Both the position numbers and the translations under genes were made by a program. A DNA stretch of 64,000 nt from Alistipes sp. UBA936. GTDB taxonomy: Bacteria; Bacteroidota; Bacteroidia; Bacteroidales; Rikenellaceae. Position 1 is the stretch's first letter; each line of letters begins with the position of its first letter. The notes beneath the pieces were generated by a model. It saw only the letters and a list, made by a program, of their open reading frames with translations, was not told the DNA's origin and ran no database searches. The DNA lies in assembly GCA_002293505.1 (NCBI GenBank), contig DBDI01000030.1:6350-70349 (forward strand). Reading direction: 5' to 3'. Below are positions 45,443 to 54,881 of the stretch, piece after piece.

Positions 45443-46639
45443 ATGAAAGCACGACTTTTTGCCCTTGCGGCACTCATCTTTTTTACACAAACAGTTATGG
45501 CACAATCCATTAATGTCGTCTCTCGCGGCGACCTTCGCCTTCACGTTTTCCAGAGTTCGCCCGTGATCTTCCAGGTTGCGTCGGTCGTCATCGAGGGGCC
45601 TCGCGAGTTGGCTCTCGTGGACGGGCAGTTCAGCGCCGACAACGCCCACTCGCTTGCAGAATATATTCATCAAATCGGCAAGCCATTGAAAACAATATTC
45701 ATCAGCTACTCCGATCCTGACTTCTACTTCGGCCTTGCTGCCCTTGCCGAGGCGTTTCCCAAGGCTCGCTTCGTCGCCACGCCGCAGACCCGCTGGTTGA
45801 TCGACACCACCAAGGACGAAAAACTGTCCATCTGGGCTCCGCAGATGGGTGCCAATGCGCCGCAGAAGATCGTCGTTCCCGAGGCGCTCGCCGACGACCA
45901 CTTCCTGATCGATGGCCACCGCGTCGAGATCTGCCGTCCGGTTGACGACGAGTCCCACGCCTGGCTGTGGATCCCCTCGGCACACACGATTCTCGGCGGG
46001 GTATATCTCGATGAAGGTGAGCACATTTGGGTGGCCGATTCGCCGACGCCCGCCGACCGCCGTAAGTGGTTGGCGGCACTCGACGCGATGCAGAAACAAC
46101 GTCCCGAACTCACCATTCCCGCCCACTTCGCCGAACCCGATTTCGAGGCCCCGATCGCCTTCACGCGAAAATATCTGACCACGCTCGAAAGCACTCTGGC
46201 AGCCACAAAAACCGCCACGGAGGTCATTGCAGCGATGAAGCGGGCCTTCCCGAACCTGCCCGGTGAACAAAATCTGGAGATGACGGCGCGAGTGCTGAAG
46301 GGCGAGACGGCGTGGAAAACCGCCCGTGCGTTTCCGGCCATCGAGCGAAAAGTCGAGGTGAACTTCGGCGGCGAGTTCGTCTTCGAGCTCACTTTTCACG
46401 ACGATAAAACAATGACATACAGAAGTTTACGTGAGCGCACAAGCGGTGCCGCGGCGGTCGATACGCTGCACTACACCGCCGTCGAGGTCGCGCCGCAGGT
46501 GTGGATGGTCTACTGGACCGAGAGCGACAACACCCACGTCGTGCACGTCGAGGATTACGGCGGCGGAGTCGCCTACACCAACATCAGCTCGCCCGACGGC
46601 TTGTTCACAAATCTCAAGGGAACGCTTAAGATGCTTTGA
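45443..46639 (+). CDS. MBL-fold hydrolase-like protein with C-terminal calycin/MoaF-like domain
   Basis: Signal peptide MKARLFALAALIFFTQTVMAQ. The N-terminal MBL-like core is partly degenerate (SYSDPDFYFG replaces HxHxDH). The C-terminal ~100 aa is a beta-rich domain. Confidence 0.6.
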   Translation: MKARLFALAALIFFTQTVMAQSINVVSRGDLRLHVFQSSPVIFQVASVVIEGPRELALVDGQFSADNAHSLAEYIHQIGKPLKTIFISYSDPDFYFGLAALAEAFPKARFVATPQTRWLIDTTKDEKLSIWAPQMGANAPQKIVVPEALADDHFLIDGHRVEICRPVDDESHAWLWIPSAHTILGGVYLDEGEHIWVADSPTPADRRKWLAALDAMQKQRPELTIPAHFAEPDFEAPIAFTRKYLTTLESTLAATKTATEVIAAMKRAFPNLPGEQNLEMTARVLKGETAWKTARAFPAIERKVEVNFGGEFVFELTFHDDKTMTYRSLRERTSGAAAVDTLHYTAVEVAPQVWMVYWTESDNTHVVHVEDYGGGVAYTNISSPDGLFTNLKGTLKML

Positions 46640-47351
46640 GTTTCAGTGAGTTGAGGTGCTCTTTTCGCTCCGGCGAGATGCGGTAACTTTCGCGCGCCTT
46701 TTGGATGGCTTTGTTGTGAACGAAGCGCGAAAACACAGGCGTCTGAAGGAGCGGAAGCGCTGTGTCCCAATGTTTTACAAGAGCCTCGGCCAGCGCCCAC
46801 GCCAGAGCCATATCGACGTAGTATTGTCCCTGAGGCACTTCGGTTAGGTGTTTCAGCGTGCTCTCAATGTGTTCATCATCAAGGAAATAGTCCATCAGCA
46901 GGATCACGAAAGTGCGTTTGGACATCTCGTCGGGGTGGTTTTTGAGCGGCAAAAAGTGGCTCAGAACCTCGCTCTGGTGGCGGCGGAAGATTTTGAAACC
47001 AGAGACGATCACATCGACGTGCGCCCAGCTGTCGAACATCGGAATCAAACGGTCGAGGTGCCCCAGAACCTCCTCCAGAGGCATTTTTCGTGCCCGGGCG
47101 GCAAGAACGAGACCAGCCAACATCACCTCTTCGTAGAGAATTTCGGCCTGTGCAGAAAGTGTCAAATTTTTTGACACTTGTGTAAAAAAATTTGATACTT
47201 CGGGCCCCGAGGCGATACGTTTTGCCAGCGCCCGAAGAGCCGGCATCCGAACCCCGAGAACCTCGTAATTCGTGGCGACGATCCGCCGATTGAACTCCCG
47301 ATATTCGTCGCCCTGATCGGCCGCCGCACGAAGTTGATATAAAATGTCCAT
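46626..47351 (-). CDS. DNA alkylation repair protein (AlkD-like HEAT repeats)
   Basis: About 240 aa, all-helical, with the W..H.D / ...RE motif pattern typical of the DNA_alkylation family. Confidence 0.75.
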   Translation of the reverse strand: MDILYQLRAAADQGDEYREFNRRIVATNYEVLGVRMPALRALAKRIASGPEVSNFFTQVSKNLTLSAQAEILYEEVMLAGLVLAARARKMPLEEVLGHLDRLIPMFDSWAHVDVIVSGFKIFRRHQSEVLSHFLPLKNHPDEMSKRTFVILLMDYFLDDEHIESTLKHLTEVPQGQYYVDMALAWALAEALVKHWDTALPLLQTPVFSRFVHNKAIQKARESYRISPERKEHLNSLKLKAS

Positions 47352-47367
47352 TTTTCGAAATTTTTTC

Positions 47368-47383
47368 TACCTTTGCAAAGATA
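47368..47383. promoter_or_regulatory. palindromic back-to-back -7 boxes (tacctttgcaaagata)
   Basis: tacctttg (plus, 26 nt before the ATG at 47402) abuts caaagata (minus-strand tatctttg, 24 nt before the ATG at 47351). Confidence 0.45.
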
Positions 47384-47401
47384 GAAAAATCCTAACCGAT
47401 T

Positions 47402-48772
47402 ATGAAAAAAGTATTGTTAACAGCGATTGCGTGTGCGACGATCGCAAATGCGTGGGCTCAAGGGGCAGCGCAGGAAGTGGGGAAAACCGAGATCACCAAG
47501 TGGCCGCAGGGAAAGCGAGGGGCCGTGTCGATAACGTACGACGACGGAAGCATCAACCAATTCCGAGTGGCGGTGCCGATTATGGATCGGCTGGGGCTGC
47601 CGGGAACGTTCTATATAAATACGGGTTCGCTTGCGGGTTCGACCTGGACGGGACGACACGTGGGGCGGCCGTGGCAAGAAATTGCAGCCGAAGCGAAAAC
47701 CATCCCGACGAGTGTCGATAATGTGTTCGAGAGGGCATCCGCAGCGAGGTTCATTCCGGTGAGAGGTGCGGGAGGTGTGTTCACAGCGGCGGGGGTCGAA
47801 GTGGACGCGGGCCGAGTGGACGAAGCAGTGAAGATAATAGGCGAGTTCTACAGAAAGTACAACGCGGGAGAGCTGGAACCCGCCGCACCGAGGCGCTCGG
47901 GCCCCCGTGAACCGCAGGAAGGCGAGCTGACGTGGGACTTGGCGAGAGAGTTGACCGAAAAAGGGCACGAGTTTTCAAGCCATATGGTAACCCATCCCTA
48001 TATGTCGGCGCTGGACGAAGCCAATATTATGTATGAACTGGAGGCGAGCCGGGCGGAAATACGCAACCAGATAGATGTGCGCTCGACCATCGCAACCGAA
48101 ATGCCATACGGAACGCCGGACAAGAGAGCCATAGGATATGTGTTGAGGGTATACCCCGCGTCGCGAAACGCGATGGGACTCGACTATCTGCACGAGATAC
48201 ACAGAGGCGACCCCGCATCGCCAATCAGGCCGGAAGATGAGTATGTACAGTGGCAGAGGGGAATACTGTCGAGAACGACGCTGGCAGAGATGAACGGATG
48301 GGTCGATACCGCAGCCGAGCAGGAAAACCTGTGGCTGGTGACGGTGATACACGGAATAGATGGCGTGGGTTGGGAAGCAATGACCGCAGCAGATGTGGAG
48401 GCGCATTTCGGGCATATTGCCGATTCGAGGGACGATGTGTGGGTGGCGACGTTCGGGGATGCGGCGAGGTATATTAAGGAGAGGATGAGCGCGGTGGTTA
48501 CGGCGGAAGTGTGCGTGCCGGGGAATTGTCCGTGTGGATGCGAATGTGGGGGAAAGTGCGGCGCGATTGTGGTGAAGGTCGACCATCCGCTGGACAAGGA
48601 ACTGTTCGATCTGCCACTGACGCTGCGAACCGCGGTCGATCCGAGCTGGGAAGAAGTAAGGGTGATAACAGGGAAGGGTGAGAGTGTTGTACCGGTGATG
48701 CGCGAGGGAGCGGAGGCGTGGGTGATGTACTGCGCAGTAGCGGGAGAAACCGTTAAACTGAAGAAGAAATGA
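47402..48772 (+). CDS. polysaccharide deacetylase (NodB/CE4-like) family protein, secreted
   Basis: Signal peptide, SITYDDGS (NodB motif 1-like), SSHMVTHPY (His motif). Contains a Cys-rich insert, VPGNCPCGCECGGKCG. Confidence 0.75.
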   Translation: MKKVLLTAIACATIANAWAQGAAQEVGKTEITKWPQGKRGAVSITYDDGSINQFRVAVPIMDRLGLPGTFYINTGSLAGSTWTGRHVGRPWQEIAAEAKTIPTSVDNVFERASAARFIPVRGAGGVFTAAGVEVDAGRVDEAVKIIGEFYRKYNAGELEPAAPRRSGPREPQEGELTWDLARELTEKGHEFSSHMVTHPYMSALDEANIMYELEASRAEIRNQIDVRSTIATEMPYGTPDKRAIGYVLRVYPASRNAMGLDYLHEIHRGDPASPIRPEDEYVQWQRGILSRTTLAEMNGWVDTAAEQENLWLVTVIHGIDGVGWEAMTAADVEAHFGHIADSRDDVWVATFGDAARYIKERMSAVVTAEVCVPGNCPCGCECGGKCGAIVVKVDHPLDKELFDLPLTLRTAVDPSWEEVRVITGKGESVVPVMREGAEAWVMYCAVAGETVKLKKK

Positions 48773-50097
48773 AAAAGATCTTAATGACCGCGATGGCGAT
48801 TGCTGTTGTCGCGGGCGCGGAGGCGCAAGGGGTAGGGGAGACGGAGATTACGAAGTGGCCGGACGGAAAGAGGGCGGGAATGTCGATCACCTACGACGAC
48901 GGCTCGCTAAACCAGTTCCGAATAGCAGTACCGATTATGGATAAACTGGGGCTACCAGCTACCTTCCACGTCAACACGGGGCGGATACCGGGCGGGTCGC
49001 ACTGGACGGGAAGGCACATAGGGCGGACGTGGGAAGAGATTGCCGCCGAAGCGAAAACTGTACCGACGAATGCGGAGAACGTCTTTGAAAGGGCATCGGC
49101 AATGAGGTTTATTCCGTTCAGGGGTGCGGGAGGAGTGTTTACAACAGCGGGAATCGAGATAGATGCAGACAGGATGGCAGAAGGGATACGGATAATTGAC
49201 GATTTCTATCGAAAGCTAAATGCGGGTGAACTGGAGCCGGTGGCACCGAGGCAGGCAGGAGGACGAGAACCACAAGAGGGCGAGCTGACGTGGGATCTGG
49301 CGCGGGAGCTGACAGCCCGAGGGTATGAGTTTTCGAGCCATATGGTTACCCATCCGTATATGTCAGCCTTGGATGCTCCGAATATTCTCTATGAGCTGGA
49401 GGCAGGGCGAGACGAGATGAGGCGCCAACTGGGAGTGCGATCGACCCTGGTGGGAGAGATGCCCTACGACACAGAGGTGGAGAGGGCGTTCGAATTGATG
49501 CTACCGGTATTCCCGGTGGCGCGGAGCAGACCTTGGTTCAAGTACACGATGGAACTACATCAACCGGGCTGGAGCAAGATGGCAGAGGAGGAGAGGGAGT
49601 ATGTGATGATGAGGCAGACGGTATACACACGGACGACGCTCGATGAACTGAACGGATGGGTCGACACGGCAGCGGCGGGAGACAACATCTGGCTGGTGAC
49701 GGTGCATCACGGAATAGACGGAATAGGATGGGAAGCAATGACCAGAGAGGATATGGAGGCGCATTTCAGGCACGTGGTGGAGCGAGAGCGTGATGTGTGG
49801 GTGGGAACGTTCGGAGACGGGGCGCGGTATGTGAAGGAGAGGCTGAGTGCGGTGGTCACGGCGGCGGTGTGCGAAAAGTGTGGAGCAATCACAGTGACGG
49901 TGGATCATCCGTTGGACAAGGAGCTGTTCGATATGCCGCTGACGCTGCGCACCGCGGTGGATCCGAGCTGGGAAGAAGCGAAGGTGACGCAGGGCGAGAG
50001 GGCGGTTGTGGTGCCGGTGGTGAGAGAGGGCGGTCGGAGCTATGTTATGTATTGTGCCGTACCGGGAGACGAGGCGATTAAAATCCAAAAACAATGA
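48769..50097 (+). CDS. polysaccharide deacetylase family protein, tandem paralogue
   Basis: Collinear with 47402-48772 at high identity (SITYDDGS, SSHMVTHPY) but lacks the Cys-rich insert. ATGA-coupled. Confidence 0.75.
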   Translation: MKKILMTAMAIAVVAGAEAQGVGETEITKWPDGKRAGMSITYDDGSLNQFRIAVPIMDKLGLPATFHVNTGRIPGGSHWTGRHIGRTWEEIAAEAKTVPTNAENVFERASAMRFIPFRGAGGVFTTAGIEIDADRMAEGIRIIDDFYRKLNAGELEPVAPRQAGGREPQEGELTWDLARELTARGYEFSSHMVTHPYMSALDAPNILYELEAGRDEMRRQLGVRSTLVGEMPYDTEVERAFELMLPVFPVARSRPWFKYTMELHQPGWSKMAEEEREYVMMRQTVYTRTTLDELNGWVDTAAAGDNIWLVTVHHGIDGIGWEAMTREDMEAHFRHVVERERDVWVGTFGDGARYVKERLSAVVTAAVCEKCGAITVTVDHPLDKELFDMPLTLRTAVDPSWEEAKVTQGERAVVVPVVREGGRSYVMYCAVPGDEAIKIQKQ

Positions 50098-51284
50098 AGA
50101 GAGTGACCGAAATAATACCGGGGGTGCACTACGTGGGAGTGAACGACCGAACAAAGCACCGATTCGAGGGCCTGTGGCCGCTACCGCAAGGGGTGTCGTA
50201 CAATGCGTACCTGATTGAGGACGAGAAAGTGGCACTGGTGGATACAGTCGATGCGGCGTATACGGAACGGCTGTTGGAAAATGTTCGGGAAGCGATAGGG
50301 GAGAGGCCGGTGGACTATCTGGTGATCAACCATATGGAGCCGGACCACTCGGCCTCGATACACGCAGTGAGGCAAGCGTGGCCGGGAGTGACGATAGTGG
50401 GAAACGCGAAGACACTACAGATGGTGGAAGGGTTCTATGGAATCGGAGGGCCGACGCTTGAAGTGGGAGACGGCGATGGGCTGAAACTGGGGCGGAGAGA
50501 GCTGAAGTTCTATCTGATACCGATGGTGCACTGGCCAGAAACGATGGTAACACACAGCCCGAGTGAGAAGCTGGTGTTCTCGGGAGATGCGTTCGGGTGC
50601 TTCGGAGCACTGGACGGGGCTGTGGTCGACGAGCAGATGGATACGGAGAAGTACTGGGACGAGATGGTGAGATACTATGCCAATATTGTGGGCAAGTATG
50701 GCGGGCCGGTGCAAAAGGCGCTGGGAAAACTCGCGGAACTGGGAGAGCTGGCTATGGTGTGTCCGACCCACGGACCGGTGTGGACGACGCAATTCCCGAA
50801 GGTACTCGATTTGTATGACCGGCTGAGTCGCTACGAACCGCTCGAAAAGGGAGTGGTCATAGCCTACGGAAGTATGTATGGAAACACGGAGCGAAGTGCG
50901 GAGAGGCTGGCGAGGGAGCTGGCCGCGAGGGGAGTGAAACGCGTTGTGATGCATAACCTGTCGGTGTCGCACGCGTCGTTTGTACTAAGGGACGTGTTCA
51001 AGTACAGTGCGCTGGTGATAGGCAGCCCGACCTACAATATGCACCTCTACCCGAAGGTGCAGGAACTGGTGGACGATCTGGAACTGAGAGTGATCCCTTC
51101 GCGAGTGTTCGGATGTTTCGGAGGGTTTACCTGGGCAGGAGCGGCAGTGAAGCGGCTCGGGGAGTTTGCCGAAAGAATGGGGTGGGAGATGGCAGCCCCG
51201 CCGGTGGAGGTGAAGCAGGGATTCACGATGGAAAAGAGCGACGGGCTGGGAGCGATGGCCGAGGCGTTGGCGGCGGCGATGTAA
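50094..51284 (+). CDS. FprA family A-type flavoprotein (flavodiiron protein)
   Basis: MBL-like di-iron domain (INHMEPDHS) followed by a flavodoxin-like domain (VIAYGSMYGNTE). Confidence 0.85.
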   Translation: MKRVTEIIPGVHYVGVNDRTKHRFEGLWPLPQGVSYNAYLIEDEKVALVDTVDAAYTERLLENVREAIGERPVDYLVINHMEPDHSASIHAVRQAWPGVTIVGNAKTLQMVEGFYGIGGPTLEVGDGDGLKLGRRELKFYLIPMVHWPETMVTHSPSEKLVFSGDAFGCFGALDGAVVDEQMDTEKYWDEMVRYYANIVGKYGGPVQKALGKLAELGELAMVCPTHGPVWTTQFPKVLDLYDRLSRYEPLEKGVVIAYGSMYGNTERSAERLARELAARGVKRVVMHNLSVSHASFVLRDVFKYSALVIGSPTYNMHLYPKVQELVDDLELRVIPSRVFGCFGGFTWAGAAVKRLGEFAERMGWEMAAPPVEVKQGFTMEKSDGLGAMAEALAAAM

Positions 51285-51307
51285 GAGAGAGACACACATC
51301 TTTACGT

Positions 51308-51643
51308 ATGAAAAAACTTCTTGGAAAGTGGCAAATCACGTGCTGGAGCGTGAACGCCATCGGAGGGTGGCGGCCCTTTCAAACTTTCGGCCCAGGCCAA
51401 TGTGTGTGGGAGTTCGTGGCGGACGAACCACTGTATGAAGACTCCGAGGGAGGGCCTCCTTTGGAACTCGGGTATGAGTATGATCCGGAGGAACGCCGAC
51501 TGGTGATCCATCGCGAGGAGGAGGACGAGTGCTTCAGAGCCGAATTTCCGAGGCCCGGCCAACTGGTACTGTATGATCTGGACGAGGTTGAAGTCGAACC
51601 GGACGACTACTCCCTAAGGGTGGAACTGGTGAAGGTGGGGTGA
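51308..51643 (+). CDS. small hypothetical protein (lipocalin-like?)
   Basis: 111-aa ORF from the ATG at 51308 (MKKLLGKWQI...), the last gene before a strong terminator. The track's longer version overlaps fprA. Confidence 0.5.
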   Translation: MKKLLGKWQITCWSVNAIGGWRPFQTFGPGQCVWEFVADEPLYEDSEGGPPLELGYEYDPEERRLVIHREEEDECFRAEFPRPGQLVLYDLDEVEVEPDDYSLRVELVKVG

Positions 51644-51649
51644 TATAAT

Positions 51650-51679
51650 AAACGCCTTACAGTTATCTGTAAGGCGTTT
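51650..51679. terminator. 13-bp hairpin, bidirectional terminator
   Basis: aaacgccttacag-ttat-ctgtaaggcgttt lies between the plus-strand operon end and the 3' end of the minus-strand tRNA-Leu. Confidence 0.7.
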
Positions 51680-51683
51680 ATCG

Positions 51684-51767
51684 TGCCCAGGACGAGATTC
51701 GAACTCACACACCGTAACCGGCACTACCCCCTCAAAGTAGCGTGTCTACCAATTCCACCACCTGGGC
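51684..51767 (-). tRNA. tRNA-Leu (anticodon GAG), class II, CCA not encoded
   Basis: Reverse complement GCCCAGG...CCTGGGCA. Anticodon stem CTACT/GGTAG, loop TTGAGGG, long variable arm, T-loop TTCGAAT. Confidence 0.9.
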
Positions 51768-51803
51768 CTTTGAGGGGAGCAAAGGTAGGCGAAAAATCGG
51801 AAT

Positions 51804-52604
51804 CTACAAAATTTTTATCTCCGGAGTGTGAAAAACTTTCGTCCCAGCAGGCACGCTTTCGGTCAACCAAACCGATCCGCCGATCACCGAACCGGCCCCG
51901 ATGACCGTGTTGCCGCCCAGCACCGTGCAGCCCGCGTACAGGATCACGTCGTCCTCGATGGTCGGGTGGCGTTTGCGGCCCTCGAGCTCCTTTTTGACGA
52001 ACGTTGCTCCGAGCGTAACCCCCTGATACACTTTCACTCGCTCGCCTATGACGCACGTTTCGCCTATGACGATCCCCGTGCCGTGGTCGATGTAGAAATG
52101 CTTGCCGATTTGCGCCCCTGGGTGGATGTCGATGCCTGTTCGCGAGTGGGCGTGTTCCGAGAGAATCCGCGGCAGGATCGGCACTCCGAGCGAGTGAATC
52201 GCGTGCGCAAACCGGTGAACCATAATGGCATAGAATCCCGGATAGCACAACACGATCTCCTCCATCGAGTGGGCCGCGGGGTCACTCTCGTTGAACATCT
52301 CCGCGTCGTCGATCAGGTCGAGATAGAGCTCCGGGATGGCCGAAAAGAACTGCCGCACGAGTTCGGCCCGGCTAGTGTCGGGCGGTAGCACCGGATGGAT
52401 CAGTCGCGAGAATTGCAGTTGCAGCTCTCGCCAGCGATACTCGATCTCATCGAGCGAGAACAACTGACCGTGGGTGACCGGAAAAAGCAGCGCGACCAGT
52501 CGGCCCAGAAATTCAACGGCGCCGGTTTTGGACGGAGCGTCGCAGTAGCACCTCTCGTGCAGACATTCGAGTTGGCGCGGAAAGGCGGAGATTGTCGTTT
52601 CCAT
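51804..52604 (-). CDS. cysE: serine O-acetyltransferase
   Basis: Helical N-domain plus hexapeptide repeats DIHPGAQIGKHFYIDHGTGIVIGETCVIGERVKVYQGVTLG. Confidence 0.85.
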   Translation of the reverse strand: METTISAFPRQLECLHERCYCDAPSKTGAVEFLGRLVALLFPVTHGQLFSLDEIEYRWRELQLQFSRLIHPVLPPDTSRAELVRQFFSAIPELYLDLIDDAEMFNESDPAAHSMEEIVLCYPGFYAIMVHRFAHAIHSLGVPILPRILSEHAHSRTGIDIHPGAQIGKHFYIDHGTGIVIGETCVIGERVKVYQGVTLGATFVKKELEGRKRHPTIEDDVILYAGCTVLGGNTVIGAGSVIGGSVWLTESVPAGTKVFHTPEIKIL

Positions 52605-52608
52605 ATCG

Positions 52609-53370
52609 TCAGATTTTGATCATTCGGTTTCGCAACGCCCACACCACCAGCGAGGCGGTGTTCCGGCATCCGGTCTTGGCGAGGATGTTCGCGCGGTGTT
52701 TGTCCACTGTTCGGGGCGAGATGAAGAGCCGCTCGGCAATCCGGCCCGTCGAAAGCCCCTCGCAAATCAAGGGCAACACCTCGCGTTCGCGGTCTGAAAG
52801 CGGTTCGGGTCCGGGCCCGAAACCAGCCTCGGACTCCAGTTCGTGATCGGGTTCCGCCTCGCCTCCCCATTCTGCCCCCTTTGCCCCCTCAACGTCGCCC
52901 TCCTCTGCTGCGCCCCCCTCGTTCCGGCCAATCGCCTCCAGCGCGGCCGAGACAACCTCCTCGAAGCGCGAGTCCTTCGCCAGAAAGCCCACCGCTCCCG
53001 CATCCATCATCGCCGTCCGATACTCGTCGTCGCCGTGCATTGTCAGCGCCACTATCCGCAACTCCGGCCAGCGTTCCATCGCCCGCCTCGTCGCTTCTAT
53101 TCCCGACACCGTTCCCGGCATATCTATGTCCATAAATACCAGTCGCTCTCCGCCCCCTTCTTCGCCCCAGCCGTCTGCCTCGCCACCATCCTTCATCAGC
53201 GCCAGAAACTCCTCCCCACTTGCTGCTTCCCCCACAACTTCGAACCGCCCGTCGCTCGCCAGCAGCCTCCTCAACCCGTCGCGAAACAGGCTGTGGTCGT
53301 CCACCAGTACAACCCGTACCGGACCACCGCCCGCCGCACCCGTACCCATACCCCTCACCGGCCCGCTCAT
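52609..53370 (-). CDS. response regulator transcription factor (NarL/LuxR family) with low-complexity inserts
   Basis: Receiver (VVLVDDHSLFRDG...FMDIDMPG) and a LuxR HTH (LSDREREVLPLICEGLSTGRIAERLFISPRTVDKHRANIL). Gly/Glu-rich inserts lie in the receiver and the linker. Confidence 0.85.
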   Translation of the reverse strand: MSGPVRGMGTGAAGGGPVRVVLVDDHSLFRDGLRRLLASDGRFEVVGEAASGEEFLALMKDGGEADGWGEEGGGERLVFMDIDMPGTVSGIEATRRAMERWPELRIVALTMHGDDEYRTAMMDAGAVGFLAKDSRFEEVVSAALEAIGRNEGGAAEEGDVEGAKGAEWGGEAEPDHELESEAGFGPGPEPLSDREREVLPLICEGLSTGRIAERLFISPRTVDKHRANILAKTGCRNTASLVVWALRNRMIKI

Positions 53371-54317
53371 CGCTTGAGCTCGATTCGCGCCTTCGCACTC
53401 ATTCCTTCTCCCCTCGCGCTGGTTATTTCGAGTCGCCCGCCCAGAGTTCCTATGCGCGAGACGATGTTTCCCAGCCCCATTCCCGCTCCTTCGTCCGAGG
53501 TCGGGGTGAAGCCGCAGCCGTTGTCGCTGTACCGTAGTGCGATCGCACGGCCTGCCTCGTCGTACTCCAAGTCGAGTACCGCTTCGGTTGCACCCGAGTG
53601 CTTCAATGTATTGTTAATCAGCTCGCATATCACCCTGTACAGCACCACCTCCACGTCCGTGTCGAACCGCTCGGCCCTCAGGTTTGTGTTGTAGACGATT
53701 CTCATTTCGTGGATACCGCTCAGGCGCGTCACGAAGTTTCCCACACCGCGTCCCAGCCCGAATTCGCCCAGCACGTGCGGCGAGAGGTTGTTAGAAATCT
53801 CCCTCAGGCTTCGTATCGCCTCGTCTATCACTTGCGAGGTGCTCTCTATGATCTCCAGATTCTGGGTCGGTTGTCCCTCGCGCCCAAGTGCCGAGAGCGA
53901 CATCTTTGCCGACGACAGCAACGGTCCCAGTCCGTCGTGCAGCTCTTTCGAAAACCGTGTCCGCTCTCTCTCCTCGGCCCGTAGCGTTGCCGACAGTATT
54001 CGCTTTCCGGTAAGGCCCGTCTGGAAGATCAGGTTGTCGATGTACTCCACCAGCCTTCGGGCATTGAACAGTACCACCGTGATGCACAACGACGCTGCGA
54101 TGTCGATCCAGATCAGCGCCACGAACCACGGCGAGGATTGTCCCCGCGGCAGGAAGTGGACGAATTGCAACACGGCCGAAGCGGTCATCAACAGTAGTGC
54201 CACGATGAACAGTATCCACACCGAGTTGTACTTTGTCTTTTTGACCAGTCCGATGGCCATTCCCGTTGCTGCGAGTTGCATCAGGATCGAGACTATGAGT
54301 AGAATTTTGACTGCCAT
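53367..54317 (-). CDS. sensor histidine kinase (HisKA_3/NarX-DesK type)
   Basis: Four TM helices, the H-box ERTRFSKELHDGLGP, and an HATPase_c domain with N, G1 and G2 boxes (NNTLKHSGA, DNGCGF, GMGLGNI). Confidence 0.85.
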   Translation of the reverse strand: MAVKILLIVSILMQLAATGMAIGLVKKTKYNSVWILFIVALLLMTASAVLQFVHFLPRGQSSPWFVALIWIDIAASLCITVVLFNARRLVEYIDNLIFQTGLTGKRILSATLRAEERERTRFSKELHDGLGPLLSSAKMSLSALGREGQPTQNLEIIESTSQVIDEAIRSLREISNNLSPHVLGEFGLGRGVGNFVTRLSGIHEMRIVYNTNLRAERFDTDVEVVLYRVICELINNTLKHSGATEAVLDLEYDEAGRAIALRYSDNGCGFTPTSDEGAGMGLGNIVSRIGTLGGRLEITSARGEGMSAKARIELKR

Positions 54318-54338
54318 AATGGCAAAGGTACAAAAAAA

Positions 54339-54355
54339 GCACCCAAATCGGGTGC
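54339..54355. terminator. rho-independent-type hairpin flanked by A/T runs (rplS terminator)
   Basis: gcaccc-aaatc-gggtgc with aaaaaaa upstream and tttttttt downstream. It is followed on the minus strand by tacctttg (54323-54330), 5 nt from the kinase ATG. Confidence 0.7.
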
Positions 54356-54378
54356 TTTTTTTGTGTAAGCTTTTTTTG

Positions 54379-54756
54379 TCAGGCTTCTTTCTTGGCGCTG
54401 CCCATTCTGCGTTCTTTGATTCGGGCTTTCTTTCCCGTCAGGTTGCGCAGATAGTAGATACGCGCCCTGCGGACTACGCCTCGCTTATTGACTTCGATGG
54501 TGTCGATGTGCGGCGAGTAGAGTGGGAAAATGCGTTCGACCCCCACTCCGTTGGAGACTTTTCGGATGGTGAACATTTTGGTTCTTCCCGAGCCTTTGAT
54601 CTGAATGACCACACCTCGGAAGCTTTGTAGACGTTCCTTGTTTCCCTCGATAATTCGATAGGTTACGGTGATTGTATCTCCGCTTCCGAATTCGGGTACT
54701 TCTTTTTCCGGCCACATTGCATCCTGGGCCACCCTGATGAGTTGTTCTTTGTTCAT
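54379..54756 (-). CDS. rplS: 50S ribosomal protein L19
   Basis: [29 protein letters not shown]...[11 protein letters not shown] is canonical L19. Confidence 0.95.
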   Translation of the reverse strand: MNKEQLIRVAQDAMWPEKEVPEFGSGDTITVTYRIIEGNKERLQSFRGVVIQIKGSGRTKMFTIRKVSNGVGVERIFPLYSPHIDTIEVNKRGVVRRARIYYLRNLTGKKARIKERRMGSAKKEA

Positions 54757-54881
54757 CTTATTCGCTGTTTTTACTTATTCCACTTACGGGTTCGCCCTTC
54801 GGCCCCCGCCAACGTTACGACTCGAAAAGGTAAGAGGTTGGGGGTGCAAAGGTAAACAAAAAAAAATAACCCAACAAAAAT

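Noticed and set aside
45395-46399. 334-aa minus-strand ORF, plus other long antisense ORFs (2972-3727, 8244-9287, 11144-11812, 13254-14117, 14527-15795, 24778-25872, 43079-43912, 60195-61277, 62123-63316)
   Set aside because: Each is antisense or out of frame to a gene with clear family signatures. Their translations are Arg/Gly/Pro-rich low complexity without signal peptides or motifs, as expected in DNA of about 60% GC.
54757-54860. Possible ribosomal-protein leader structure upstream of rplS
   Set aside because: The ~90-nt leader contains only a weak GCC-GAAG-GGC mini-hairpin. I could not identify a convincing conserved structure or L19-mimic, so it needs covariation data before any claim.
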